Assembly (NCBI GenBank): GCA_965645245.1
Contig: OZ287072.1
Span: 1,674,001-1,738,000, forward strand
DNA: 64,000 nt
Reading direction: 5' to 3'
Source: Massalongia carnosa
Taxonomy: Eukaryota
The translations under genes and the position numbers were made by a program. Shown in pieces: positions 50,801-64,000 of the stretch (its first letter is position 1; each line of letters begins with the position of its first letter). The notes under the pieces were generated by a model that worked only from the letters and a program-made list of their open reading frames with translations, did not search any database and was not told the origin of the DNA.

Positions 50801-52305
50801 CATACTCGATCGATCGACTTTTAATCAATTATCAACCTACATCAACTGATAAATCCGTCATATGTGGAGATTTCAATGTACATCATAACTGGTGGAATTC
50901 GAAAATCCAACAAGTAATTAGATCAGAAAATCTAGTCAAATAATTGAAATTAAACAAGTGTAGTTTAATAAACACACCTGATTTATGCATATACTACGCC
51001 CATTCTGGAAGTTCTTCATCTGTTATTGATTTAACATTTGCAAATTCTAAAATCGAAAATGCGGTTACAAATTAGACAATCGATGAAAACGCAGTCACAG
51101 GTTCAGATCATGAAGTCATCCGATTTGAACTAATCGCATCTTTCAAAAATTTGACGTCACATGCTACTGCATAATCGAATAAATGTAATTGCAATAAAGC
51201 CGATTGGAATAAATTCGCGAAGTTTCTAGACGAAAATTCAATCATCTACGAATCACAAGTTCAAAGTTTATTGAATAATAATCAATTAGACGAATCAGCG
51301 ATATATTTGCAAAACATTATCAAAAACACGGCTGAAATTTTTATTCCGAAAACAAAAATATGTCCAAAATCGAAAAATTGGTGGTCGCAAGATTTAACCG
51401 AACTTCGAAAAACCATGTGCAGACATCGTCGAGAATAGAAGAATTATCCGTCCGATTTTAATCATCGGACGTTTAAACATAGTCGAATCGAGTATTTTCA
51501 TGCAATTCGAAAAGCAAAACAACAAACCTGGTTGACTTTTCTAGAAAATGCAGCAAATAAAGATGTATTTACCGCGTATAAATACACTAAACCGCGCATA
51601 TTCGAAAAAATACCCCCGATTCTACATGAAAACAAGCTAAATATTTAGTTTGATGACAAATGAGATGCATTTGTTTCAGCAATGTACACAAAAAACCCAT
51701 TTATAGACTATAATGTCGAAGATTTGTCAAATTAAGACAGCGAAAATGACGATAATTGGCCAGATTTGACCGAAAACGAGTTGAAAAATGCGATTAATTT
51801 ATTTAATCCGAAGAAAGCATGTGGACCTGATGCAATCAATTTTACAATTGTTCAAAAATCGTTTCAATCGTTGAAAAACGTGTTTTTCATGATTTATTCG
51901 AAATTCATTCGAATCGGTTATCACCCGTTATGCTGGCGGACAGGACTCGGTGCAGTTCTGAAAAACCCTAATAAATCAGATTATTCCCTAACAAAATCAT
52001 ATCGAATTATCACATTACTAAATTGTCTTGGTAAAATTGCTTGAGAAAATCGTTGCAAATCGACTAGCCTACTTCGGCAAAAATTCTAATTTTCTAGATA
52101 TCGAACAGATGGGCGGACGCAAAAATCATTCTGCAATTGACGCAGTAATGAACGTTGTTCATGATATTGAAATTGCAAATCGAAATAAAAACGTCTTATC
52201 ATGTTTATTACTCGATGTCAAAGACGCATTTGTCTTTGTCGATTAATCAACTGCTAAATGTCATGAAAAAGTTGAAATTATCTCGCATAGTAATTCAATG
52301 GGTCA
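47842..52305 (+). mobile_element. Tad-like LINE copy 3: leader, ORF1 (48727-50410) and ORF2 from 50410 (APE endonuclease and RT start), many stops
   Basis: ORF1 with three zinc knuckles; ORF2 IQHNCAKS, FQE, CGDFN, SVIDLTF, GSDH, KACGPDAI, YRIITLLNCLGK, LLDVK. Confidence 0.93.
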
Positions 52306-52351
52306 GTTACAAATTAGTCAATCGATGAAAACGCAGTCACAGGTTCAGATC

Positions 52352-54508
52352 GCAAGTACCCTATGATTTGTTATTCTATAACTCCTATAGTCAATTTATC
52401 CCATCTTTCTCAGTCATTTGAGCTTCTCTAGACCAAAAACGCACTCAAATTGAGTGTGGGAGAGCTTCCGCAAAGCTCTTGCAGAGTTTTCAACTGGTAG
52501 TATGCGACCGACGCCAAAATAGCCAACAAAGTACCGAGACACCGCACTGAAGCAGCAACAGTACCCTCGATTTTGATATTCTGAAACTTTCGGATTAGAT
52601 TCTACCCATCTTTCTCATTCATTTGAGCCCCTCTTTAGCAAAAACGCACCAAAATAGGGTACGGTAGAGCTCTTCCAAGGCTCCTGCTGAGTTTTTCTGC
52701 TGGTTGCATCCATCCAACTCACTCCAAAAACGCCCCCTAAAATTTAAAAAATACAAAAAACATCTACAATTCTTTCAAAAATCGCTCAATTTTCGATATC
52801 TCTTCGATTTTATTGTCGAATAGACCTCAGTTATTATCACCGAAATCATCAAGAAATAACACTCACTGTCGCGTTACTTTACACCTGTTGTCGTCCCGTC
52901 ATAATTTTTTAAGTTTATTTCATATTTAAGGTTTCTGGTACCTGCGCAAGCAGTATATTTCTTGCATTTTCAGTGCATATTTCGTGCATAAGTTTATTTT
53001 GGGTTTTCTTGTTCATCATCGAACGGCCAGACTAACAATCTACTTTCGGACATCTATTTCTCAACATTGGACGGCCCGCTGAAAGGAAGGGGAAAAAGAC
53101 TAGAATAGGGTTACACCAAAGGCCCTGTTTCAGGCTAATCAGAATAGGAGTTCCCTATTTTCTATATCGTACTTGATTTTTATTTTTGATTAAAAAACAC
53201 TAAAATTATCCTATTTGATCAAACTTTTCATTATTTTCAACTACCGTAGTGTCTGGTAAAGGGTTAAATCAGACTTACTGCCTAAGCGAGGAACGGTCTA
53301 CTTTAACCCGATAAGAATTTATATGACTTGTTATTGTCAATTAAATAGGGGTAGGAAAGAAAGAGTTATTTTGACCAATAAATCGGTATAATATCTATTC
53401 TGCCTAGTACGTCTGGGGAACGTCAGAATAAACTATTTGGTGGTGATAAAAGGGATATAGAAAAGGCATGTTTAACCAGGTAATCAACCCGGTAGCACAC
53501 TCGGCACTCCCTAGAACTATGTCAAGGGCTGGGTTGGGAATTGAACTAATGTTCCTATGAATTGGATTGGATGATCAAGATGTCCTTATTAATGAGGCTA
53601 TAGCTAGGAGGTGGTTTGCTATACAAGACGTCGGCCGAGGAGTCAACTATCTACAGGATATGTCCTCTTTTTATACCTGAGCCAGCCCCTTCTCATGTTT
53701 TACCTTCACCCTAGATGAGAGATTTTGGTGATAGTGGCGGCGATAAGGTAGAGCGATAAGTGGGCCCGTAGATGTGATCGTTCTAGCGATAAGAGGGTAT
53801 AGTGGAGTGAGGAGATTGGTGGAGTAGAGTAAGGGGTTTATTCAGACTCATACCGAGGATGAATCTGAATAGGCTTTCAGGTAGCTTTTACCTCGATCGC
53901 CGCTTGACGGTTCGGTAATCATTAGGTTTTAACTCAAACTTTATTTCATGACAAACTAGGCGATTTTTGGCGAGACCACCCCCCCAAGGCCCCCTACCTA
54001 GAAATTTATCGGCCCGCCCAAGTACCCCCCCAGGTCCCCCCCAAAAAGACTCCCCCGCGCTATCTTCAGTAGCAATGATAGAAAGCTCACCCCTATCCGA
54101 CGAGTTTATAGAAGCTATGGACCAGTCAGGGAAATTTTCGTCCGCACCCTCCACAACGACCCCTAAAGCGAAAGTCTTCATTGCTTCATCTAGTGATTTT
54201 ACTACCAATTTACCTATGCTATCATTACATTCGAATATTAGACTAAGCCCGCCAATAAAACGCAATAAAGACGATCATTTGACGAGTATTCGATTGAAAG
54301 TCAAGAAGTCAACAATCGAACGAAATTAATTCAACTACTAAATACGGCTAAAAACGCACTATTAGAGTCATTCGTACTAGATCAAAATCCCGAAACGGCT
54401 ATTGTCATCGATAATATAAATTCTCTACTGACAAAGAAATCAATCAAGCCTAAAGCAACGCTGGAAATTATTGATTGGAATTTGAATAGGGTGCTGGAAC
54501 AAACTAGC
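52352..54508 (+). mobile_element. Divergent subfamily LINE copy 4: leader with duplicated 5' unit and ORF1 from 53468
   Basis: Homologous leader; ORF1 MFNQVINPVAHSALPRT-RRFLARPPPQGP is in frame once the solo LTR is removed; cut by Gypsy-3. Confidence 0.85.
53520..53953 (-). mobile_element. Solo LTR related to Gypsy-3
   Basis: TGTCAAGG...CATGACA with TSD AACTA; R-U5 part similar to 54509-54665. Confidence 0.9.
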
Positions 54509-57500
54509 TGTCAAGGACTGGGCAGGGGATTGAACTAATATTCCTAGGAATTGGATTGGGTGATCAAGATATCTTTATTAATAAGGCTATAGCTAGTTGA
54601 TAGATTGCTATACAAGACGTCGGATAAGGAGTCAACTATCTAATTAACTTGTCCTTCCTTTTATATTTGTCTCGAACCCCTTTGCCTGAAGATTCGATCA
54701 GTGTTTATCTCCCCCTATTAGGAGACGTACGGCACGAAGATTTGACGAGGTTTTTGACGATAAAAGGTGGAGATGAGGTTCTCCTGTCGTTGATAAGCTT
54801 TGATGGTGATGGTACAGCTTTGACCTGAAGCCGTTGAGAGGGTCTAAACTCGATTTAGTTAATGAGATTCTGACTAAGCTGAATAGAGGAACGGGAGCTT
54901 AGTCAGATTCATCTGCGGGATTGATTCTGGATCGGGTTGGTTCGATTTCACGACAGTAGCTCCCTTTTCAAGAGCTGAGCTCCTGCGAAGCAGTTTTATT
55001 CATGACAGCGACATCGAGGAATGGAACAGGGGGTGAGATGTGGGCCGGATGCACCAGAATAGGCTTCGTAGAATTCGTCCAGAGCTTGTTGACAGTTGGT
55101 TAGTAGGTGAAATGGCTCCCAGGTAGGGGTATGTCCTTCCCAGTTGACGAAATACTTGAGAAGCGGAGGTTGATAACGTCTGTCCAGTTTCGAGTTCAGA
55201 ATGCTGTTGACATACCATTCTCGCTGTCCATCTTCGGCTATTATTGGGTCGCGAAGCTCGGGAATTTGTCCTGGGAGGGGGTCGTCTGCGTCGTGTTGTA
55301 GCAGATTTACATGAAAGACCGGATGAATTTTAACCGTGTCGGGGAGTTCCAGTTGAACAACAAGAGGGTTGGCGAACACCTTACAGACTCGGTAAGGACC
55401 GACATTTCGATCGTACAGTTTGGCTGCCGGACGGGCTGTCTGGATATTTCGGGTGTTTAGCCATACTATGTCTCCTACAAGATAACGAGGACAGGGACGG
55501 CGGTTCTCATTGGAGGAAGATTCGTATGAGGCCTGCGCGATCAACATCTCTTCTCGTAGGTGAGTGTCTACGTCTCGCATCTTGTCTACGAATCGATTGG
55601 CGGCGATCAGGTTAGCGATTCCCTGGGCGGTCAGGTCTTGCGGAAGGGGCTCTTTGGGTTCGAATCCTACCCTGGGGTGTTGTCCATAATTAGCCAGGAA
55701 GGGAGAGGCGAGAATGCTAGAGGAGTCGGTGTTATTGCTGGAGAATTCGGCACCGGGTAAGTACTGGGCCCAGTCATCTTGCACGTAATTGACGTATGCC
55801 CGAAAATAATACTCCATGGTTGCGTGAGCCCTCTCGGTTTGGCCATCTGTCTCGGGATTAAAACGGGTTGATAGCCTAGCATCAATTCTAAGCCGTTTAC
55901 ATATGATGTCCCAGAAATCGGAGGTGAATTGGGTGCCTGGATCCGAAATCAAGGCGTCTGGGAGACCGTGTAATTTCCATACATTTTGGTAGAAGGAGTT
56001 AACAGCCTCTTCTACCTCCATGGAGGTGGTGGGGACGAAATGTCGCATCTTAGAAAGGCGATCGATGAAGACGAGGATATAACGATAGGTTATACCCATA
56101 AAGGTGCTCGGAGGCAGTAGACCTACGTAGTCTATGGAAACGTCACGCCATCGACGTTCGGGTGGGGACATAGGGCGTAGCCATCCTTGGTATTGTTGGC
56201 GGGATAGTTTGGATCGTCTACAGGTGTGACAGTTACGAATGAATCGTTTGACGGTTTGATGCATACTGGGCCACCAGTATGATCGATTCATTAGTTCGTA
56301 GCATTTGGAACGACCGGGATGGCCACCTGCTACGCTGTCGTGTGCCTGTTGAATGAGACGGAGACGGAGCCGATCCGAATTGGGTACGTATCGACGGTTT
56401 CGAAAATAAAGAATCCCTTCTTTATCTTCACATTCGGCTAGCTGAATGCCGTTATGATATCTGATGTTATTGCGAAGCATGTCTAGAACTTTCAGAGAGA
56501 ATTGATCCTGTTCCAGAGCTTGTTCCTATAACAGCTGAGTTGGGACGTCGGTCGGGTCTTGGCCAGGATTGGTTTGGTCGGCAGGCTGATCCAGCTGTGG
56601 TTCAGGTTCAATGAACTCGTGATCATGTTCAACGGACTCGGGATCCTGTTCGATGAACGCGGGGGCTAGGATAATCGTGGATAAGAAACTTTTCGCCACT
56701 TCGTCGTCCAGGTTATGAGTTTTCAGGATGGTTTGATGCTGATATTTATGTCTTTCATCAGTTTCATTCCCCTCTTTAGGGAGGTCTCCTGAGCGACGAG
56801 TCAGTGCATCTGGTTTTCCACCAGCTTTTCCGGGTCGATAGACTATTTTAAAGTCAAATCGGGATAAGAATTCGGACCAGCGAGCTTGACGACAACTGAG
56901 TTGTTTGGTTGAAGCGAAGTATTCCAAATTCTTATGATCTGAGATAACGCTGATGGGGTGAGCAGAACCTTCTAATTCCGGTCTCCATTCTTCGAAGCAT
57001 CGGACGATGGCCATGAGTTCCTTGTCATAGATCTCATAATTGCATTCGGCCATGTTGTGTTTCTTGGAGAAGTATGCGATGTGGCGAAGCACGTTCTCGT
57101 TGTCATACTGAGAAAGGATACCACCAGAGACGTAGTCCGAAGTATCGGTTTCCACGATGATAGGACGATCGGGATCGAAATGTATCAGTATTAGTTCCGA
57201 GGTGAAAGCTTTTTTTAGAGTTTCGAACGCCTGTTGACATTTGTCAGTCTATTGAAAGCTGACCTCCTTTTTGGTTAGATTCGTCAGTCGGCCGGCTATC
57301 TTACTAAAGCCGTATACGAATCGTCTATAGAAGTTAGCAAATCCCAGAAAGCTTTGTACATCTTTCATATTGATCAGTATTGGCCAATGAGTTACTGTTT
57401 CGATTTTAGCGGGGTCTATTTTGATTCCCTCGGTGGTTACGATTAGTCCGAGATAGGCAACTTCTGTGACATGAAATTTGCATTTGGTGATGTCTACTTG

Positions 57501-60500
57501 CAGCCCGGCTTCTCTCAGCTTGATGAGGATACGTTTGACGTGGATTTCATGCTCGCCTTCAATTTCGCTGTAGATGAAAATGTCATCTAGATAGGCCGTG
57601 CAAAAGTCGTCGAGATACTCTCGAAGAGTATCATTGATGAAGTGTTAAAAGGAGGCGGGGCCGTTACAGAGGCCGAATGGTAGGACCAGGGATTCGAAGA
57701 GGCCAAAACGGGTTCTGAATGCGGTGAGTTCTTCATCTCCTTCCTTGATGCGGAGCCGATTGAACGCTGAAATAATGTCCAGCTGGTGAATATCTTAGCC
57801 CGACTCAGGCGATTCAGGGTTTCGGTGATCAGGGGAAGCGGATACCGATTCTTAATCGTGATTGCATTGAGGCCTCGATAGTCGATACAGAAGCGAAGTC
57901 CTCCTCCTGGCTTCTTTACGAACATGACTGGGGAGGCAGCGGGGGATTTACTAGCTCGGATGAAGCCTTTCGACAGGTTCTCATCAAGGTAGCGTCGGAG
58001 TTCTTCGATTTCGGTTCGACTCATGCCATAAAGAGCTTGATTCGGGATTGGAGAGCCTTCTTTTAGCTTTATGGCATGGTCGTAGGGTCGGTGTTCGGGC
58101 AGGACGTCCGACTCTTTTTTGGAGAAGATATCCAGAAAGTCGTGATACTGTTTGGGTAGAAGGGGGGCTGGGTCGACGTTCTTTCGCTCACGATAAGCGT
58201 TCAGTTCTTCGGCGGTCACTGATGATTGCAGTATCAAGGGTTGAGGTTCGGGTTCGGTCACTGAACATAACTGTGTCAGAGCCTGGTTCATACGGAACAG
58301 GGCTAAGTGATATTTCTTTTCACTAGGGCTGGACCGGGGGTTGGGTTGGTAGGTTGGTTTCGAGTGTGCCCAGTCAGTCTCTTGACGAAGGCGAGATTCG
58401 GGTTTGGGTTCAGGCTTAGGTTCAGGTTGAGTCAGGCCGAGAAAGTGATCGATTTCTTTCAAGGAAAGAGCAAACATCTCGTGACTCATTTTTCGTCCGA
58501 GATAGTTGAAGTTGAGGGCGCCGATTTCACAGACGTCCAAAACAGGAGGATTGCGATTCTGCTGGGTAGCATGTCGCTGAGTAGAGGTGCGATACGAAGA
58601 GGGACTTCGATATCGGATTTTCGGTGAGTCGCCCTGTTCAATCGCTTTTTCGATACGACTGATATCCTGATTTTCGAGAGAAGTTGTCTTACTATCGCGC
58701 GGCGTGGTTTTATCGGACAGGACAGGTTTTTCGGACAGGATTTGACTATTGGACGAGTAGTTTTCCGATTCCCATACTTCCTGACTTTCCGCAGGAGATA
58801 GGAATTTCTCGCCCGTGTAGGCCTTCACCTTGACTGGATGAGGGCTACAATGAGCCAGGCAGAAGGAGAAAGATAGGAAGAGAGAGTTGGACTCGAAATC
58901 AGCGAGAGGTTGATGTCTTCGCAACCATGGGTGTCCCAGGACGATGGGGTAGGTTTTCAGTCCTGTTACGAAAAGGAATAATATTTCTACATATCCGTTT
59001 AAGTCCATGATTACCTCGGCCACATGAGTGATATTTCCAGTCAGAGCCAGCTGACCGTCAAAGCCTTCAAGGCGTCGGGCGTATTTGAGGGGATGAAGGG
59101 GGATTTGGTGAGTTTGCGCAAACTTCTTGTCAATAGATGCATAGCCAGATGCACTACAATCAATCAGATTGAGAGCTTGAATTCGAGATCTACCTAAACG
59201 TAAGATACATGATACCACTAGGGGGTTATCTCGAAACGCTTCTTCGGTTTCAAACAGCTCCAAAGCGGAGGCTGCGGAAAAACGAGTGTTTGATTGAAGG
59301 GGGGAGAAAACGAGTTGGCTAACAGACAAGAAGAAATTAAAATAGGGCTCTGCGCGCGACGATGCGCAGAGTCTAGACGTTTCCCGAGTCGTCAGTCTCG
59401 GGAGTGAGGGTCGAGACGACTTCCATGTTGCGAAGGCGTTTGGTAGGCTTATTTGGACAGTCGGAGGCCGACCCGAGGTGTTGCAATTTGCAATAGAAGC
59501 ACAGGTTCCAATTCTCGCAGATCTTCCTTACTCCCTCGGTTTTCAACGACTGACCTTTGACAGCCGCCATGGCCTGACTTAGGTCTATGAGGTCTCCAGC
59601 TGGGGTGAAGGCGGGGGTTGGGATCGATGGGGTGACCGTGCCCGTGACGACAGTGCGGGGGAAAGGGGCAGCAGGAAGGTTGGTGCCGTTTCTTCGATTG
59701 GCGGGAGCTGATGTGGCCGGAGTCGTGGCCTTGGGTGCCAGATGACGGATCTGACGGATTTTCCAGTCCGTGCTTAACCACATTGCGACGAGGTCGTCGA
59801 AGGTGATTGGCTCCAGAGTGGTGCCGGGGACTCGGTAGTAGACGGCCGCGGTTTGAACGGAGTAGTTGATGTTTGCCTTCATGGCATCAATCAACGAAGC
59901 GTCTTCCATTCTGGATCGGTCTTTTTTTTGAGAGAAGAGAGTGTTGTACTCTTCGAAACTCAGAGAGCCCCACTTGAGGGTTTCTCGAAGGTACTTACGG
60001 GCATCCTCTTGTTCGAAGGGGTTGCCGCAGGCTAGGCGAAGAGCAGAACGCCATTCGAAGAAGGTGGTGAGTCTACAAATGCCATCCACTCGATACGCAT
60101 TCATAAGGTTGTGAGCTCGTTTCCCGATGGTGAGCCGATTCACCGCGTATGCAATCTTGGAGGCATCGGTGGAGTATCGATCATAATTAACGTGCATCCG
60201 TTGAATCAGGCTCTGTTCCCAGGAGTCTAACTTGGCTTCATCTCCATCGTACTCGGAGATGTCGGGAAGTTTTTCGGAACGAAGATCGGTTTTGGACTCG
60301 GAATTCCGGGTCAAAAGGAGCTGCAGGAGGGCAGCTATCTGAGGGTCCATTGCCGGAACGGACGAGGGAGACGAGGTTGATGCTGGAGTGGGTGTAGGGG
60401 GGTCGGGAGCTGGGGCAGCCTGCAACCCGGCCACCTCGTCTTGAAGTCGTCGTATTTCCGCGACGAATGCTTCAGGATTGGTTTGGAACTGGTTTTGAAA

Positions 60501-60805
60501 CAACTTCACGTTCTCGTCGATGAGAGGATTTTGGGGGACGGTCATCTCTTCTGAAAACGAACACATGATGGTGGAATATGAGGGGGGACAGGGGCTAGTG
60601 CTATGAAAGGCATCTTTCGATGTAGGTCCGACGTAATGTCAAGGACTGGGCAGGGGATTGAACTAATGTTCCTAGGAATTGGATTGGGTGATCAAGATAT
60701 CTTTATTAACAAGGCTATAGCTAGGTGATGGATTGCTATACAAGACGTCGGACAAGGAGTCAACTATCTAATTAACTTGTCCTTCCCTTTATATTTTTCT
60801 CGAAC
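54509..60805 (-). mobile_element. Chromovirus-type Ty3/Gypsy element 3, decayed; 3' LTR 54509-54955, 5' LTR from 60637 cut by a LINE at 60806
   Basis: gag 60566-59373, pol about 59385-54996 with a frameshift near 57780 and stops; homologous to elements 1 and 2. Confidence 0.95.
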
Positions 60806-62503
60806 TTTTTTTATTTTTTATTTATTTATTCATTAAGTTTATTCAACCTAAGGTTACGACACTAAACTATTTTAAGATATATTTCTATAATACAATTAAA
60901 TCAACCCTTTATAACCCATCTATGAATCTTCAATTTTTCCCCGTTTTTACTCCGTGTTAGTAACAACCTATAGTAATCGAGTTTTCGATTTTACAATTTG
61001 TCTTTGTAAAGTTCGTAAGTGTTTCAGCATAAATCAATTCTGATTTTACTGTTCGATCTCTCCCCAACCTCCCGTTTCGACAATTTCGTCTTCTAGCTGA
61101 CCTAGTATCCATTTTCTAGTAGCGATTTTGTTTTTGAAAATAAAATTTATCAAAATGTCATTTCCAATTTTGGTATTGAAAAAAATGTTCAAATTGATAG
61201 TAGTATCGATACTTTGTTTCATTATTTGAATTTCTTCAAAATAGTTATTGCAGTTCAACAATAGATGTTCTGGCGTTTGACGTTCGTTGCATCTATTCGT
61301 GCATTTTGACGAATTATAATCTTTCAATCGATGTAGATATGAACGAAAATAATCGTGTCCGAATTTCAGCTGCATAATGGTAGCAAATATCATTTTCGAA
61401 CAATTGTTTGACAAATGATAAAAGCTCGATTTGCCAGGCTGCATATCAAATTTCTCGTAATATTTGCCTTTTGACCTGCATCGTTGCCATTGATTCGTCC
61501 ATGTGTTTAGCGTATTTTGATAAATTTGACTTTTCAAGTAGTCAAATGTGATCGCCGAGGACTCCGCTATGATTTGACTGTGTCCTGCTTTCGCCGTTTT
61601 GTCTGCAATTTCATTTTTGATAATTTTCGAATGACTAGGAATCCATTGCAGAATTATCTGATAGTTGTTTTCGAATAAACATTTTGCAATCTTTCGAATT
61701 TGCTTCGCATAAATATGATTTGTTAAATGTTGAATTTCGTTTATCGCGTTCAAACTATCGGAAAAAATCCATATTGTTTTTTCTAAATTCGATAATATAT
61801 TCTCGTTCGTTAACTTGTATACCCATTTGACTGCTTCTAAAATCGCAAGAAGTTCAGCATTTTTAATGCTTGACTGTTTGCTCAATTTCAAGCTTTTCGA
61901 AATTGTATGATGTTGGATAAGGCAATCTTTTTCGATAGAGTGATCAAAATCATCGATAAAATTGTTCCATTTTCTCATAATTGGTGCAAATTTGACCGCA
62001 GAAGTTGCAAATTCTACTTTTGATCCATCCGTATAAAGTAATATTCGTGATTTCGGAATTCATAAATTGAATTTTGGACAAAGTCAAATAATAACTTGAT
62101 TTTGCTGTTTCTTTTGAGTTTTCGATTTGAAATTCGATTTTACACGACGACTTCCATGGTTTTATGAAGTTATTTGATTGTTCGAATTCATCAGTTTTGT
62201 GAACTATGTCCGAAACGGAGTGCAAAACACGAATAAGCTGACTAGAATGTCGTTTATTTGTTTTTTTTTCGTCTTCGTTCCATTCGGCATATTTGTTGTT
62301 CCATAAGCTAGTATCAAAACCGATGTTTTCGAATTTCATCGAATATGTATTTGGAATTCTTTGACAAATGCGATTATTTTCGGCAATCTTCAATAATCGA
62401 ATAGCATATTCTTGATTTTTCATCAATAATCGTAGTATGACTGGTAGAATATGGGATTCAAATTCCATCGCCTGAACAGGTGTGGTTTTGAATGTTCCTA
62501 AAA
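60806..62503 (-). mobile_element. LINE 3' segment: ORF2 RNase H, CCHC, 3' UTR and A-rich tail
   Basis: LGTFKTTPVQAMEFES, YTDGSK (frameshifted), AELLAI, FSDSLNAI, WIPSH..NEIADKTAK, QTPEHLLLNC, stop 61046; tail AATGAATAAATAAATAAAAAATAAAAAAA. Confidence 0.92.
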
Positions 62504-62529
62504 CCTTTCAAATCATACGATTTTGCAAA

Positions 62530-64000
62530 TCAGGAACCTTGGACACGCGATCAAAAAACTATTTCTCATCCGTCATTTACATGCATTATGCCGAAAATAG
62601 CAGCTTATCGCTCGAGAGTAGCTGTATTTGTCACTAAATGCAATTCGAAACTACAATGCACGCCTAGAACGGATCTTATTGACGATCCCGATATGCAAAT
62701 TATCCAGATTACAATTGATGATATTCGAAAAGTACAGATTATCAACATTTACAATGAAAAAAGTCAAAACGATCGGGAAACATATAAAATCGACCGACTA
62801 ATAGTCAAATATCAACCTACATTCAATGATCAATTTGTAATATGTGGAGATTTCAATGCACATCATAACTGGTGGAATTCGAAAATTCAGCATGCAATTC
62901 GATCTGAAAATCTAGTGAAATGGTTAAAATCAAAATAGTGTAGTTTGATTAATACGTCTGATTTATGTACATTTTACGCCCATTCTGGAAGTTCTTCATC
63001 TGTTATTGATTTAACATTTGTAAATTCTAAAATCGAAAATGCAATAACAAATTGGTCAATCGATGAAAACGCAGCCACAGGTTCAGATCATGAAGTCATT
63101 CGATTTGAATTAATCGCATCTTTCAAGAATTTGCCGACACATGCAACCGCATTATCAAACAAATACAATTGCAATAAAGCCGATTGGGACAAGATTGCGA
63201 AGTTTCTAGATGAAAATTCAATAAACTACGAAACACAGGTTCAAAGTTTATTGAATAATCATCAATTCGACGAATTAGCGATCTATTTGCAAGATATTAT
63301 TACAGACGCAGCTGAAATGTTTATTCCGAAGACAAAAATATGTGCAAAATCAAAAAATTAGTGGTCGCAAGATTTAACTGAACTCCGAAAAATTATGTCT
63401 AGACATCGTCGAGAATGGAAGAATTATCCCTCCGATTTTAGTCATAGAACCTTTAAACATAGCCGAATCGAATATTTTCATGCAATTCGAAAAGCAAAAC
63501 AACAAACTTGGTTAACTTTTCTAGAAAATGCAGCGAATAAAGACGTATTTACAGCTTATAAATACACTAAACCGCGCATATTCGAAAAAATACCACCAAT
63601 TCAATATGAAAATAAGTTAAATGTTCAATTCGATGACAAATGCGATGCATTCGTTGCAGCAATGTACACAAAAAACCCATTTATAGACGATAGTGTCGAA
63701 GACTTATCGAATCAAGACAACGAAGATGACAATAATTGGCCTGATTTGACCGAAAACGAGTTGCAAAATGCGATTAGTTTGTTTAATCCGAAAAAAGCAT
63801 GTGGCCCTGATGCAATCAATTTTACAATTGTTCAAAAATCGTTTCAGTCGTTGAAAAACGTGTTTTTTATGATTTATTCAAAATTCATTCAAACCGGTTA
63901 TCATCCGTTATGCTGGCGGACAGGACTCGGTGCAGTTTTGAAAAAACCTAACAAATCAGATTATTCGCTGCCAAAATCATATCGGATTATCACTTTACTA
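62530..64000 (+). mobile_element. LINE ORF2 endonuclease-to-RT segment, inverted relative to 60806-62503; runs off the window
   Basis: Colinear with 50550-52020 (QEPW, CGDFNAHH, GSDH, KACGPDAI). Confidence 0.92.

Overview
Filamentous ascomycete (Pezizomycotina-type) nuclear DNA. Bases 1-12.2 kb are a compact, intron-containing housekeeping cluster: 3' end of ATG4, divergent histone H2B/H2A, complex I B22 subunit divergent from KGD2, a Nup37-like nucleoporin and eIF2A. From about 12.4 kb to the end there are no recognisable host genes, only a nest of transposons whose order can be rebuilt from target-site duplications (TSDs). It contains two copies of a hAT-like MITE, a non-autonomous Helitron, a decayed Ty1/Copia, three Fot1/pogo-type DNA transposons, three related chromodomain Ty3/Gypsy elements (one with identical LTRs), about ten solo or partial LTRs, a 570-bp miniature LTR element (TRIM) and five pieces of one Tad-like LINE family plus a tail of a second. 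The most notable signals are at RNA level: a conserved, covarying structured domain ending an AUG-free ~870-nt LINE leader; a non-coding TRIM with an 11-bp Tf1-style self-priming complementarity; covarying self-priming and -1 frameshift signals in the Gypsy elements; a UAAUG stop-start LINE junction; and a LINE insertion with twin-priming geometry. All calls were made by eye, with no searches or folding runs.
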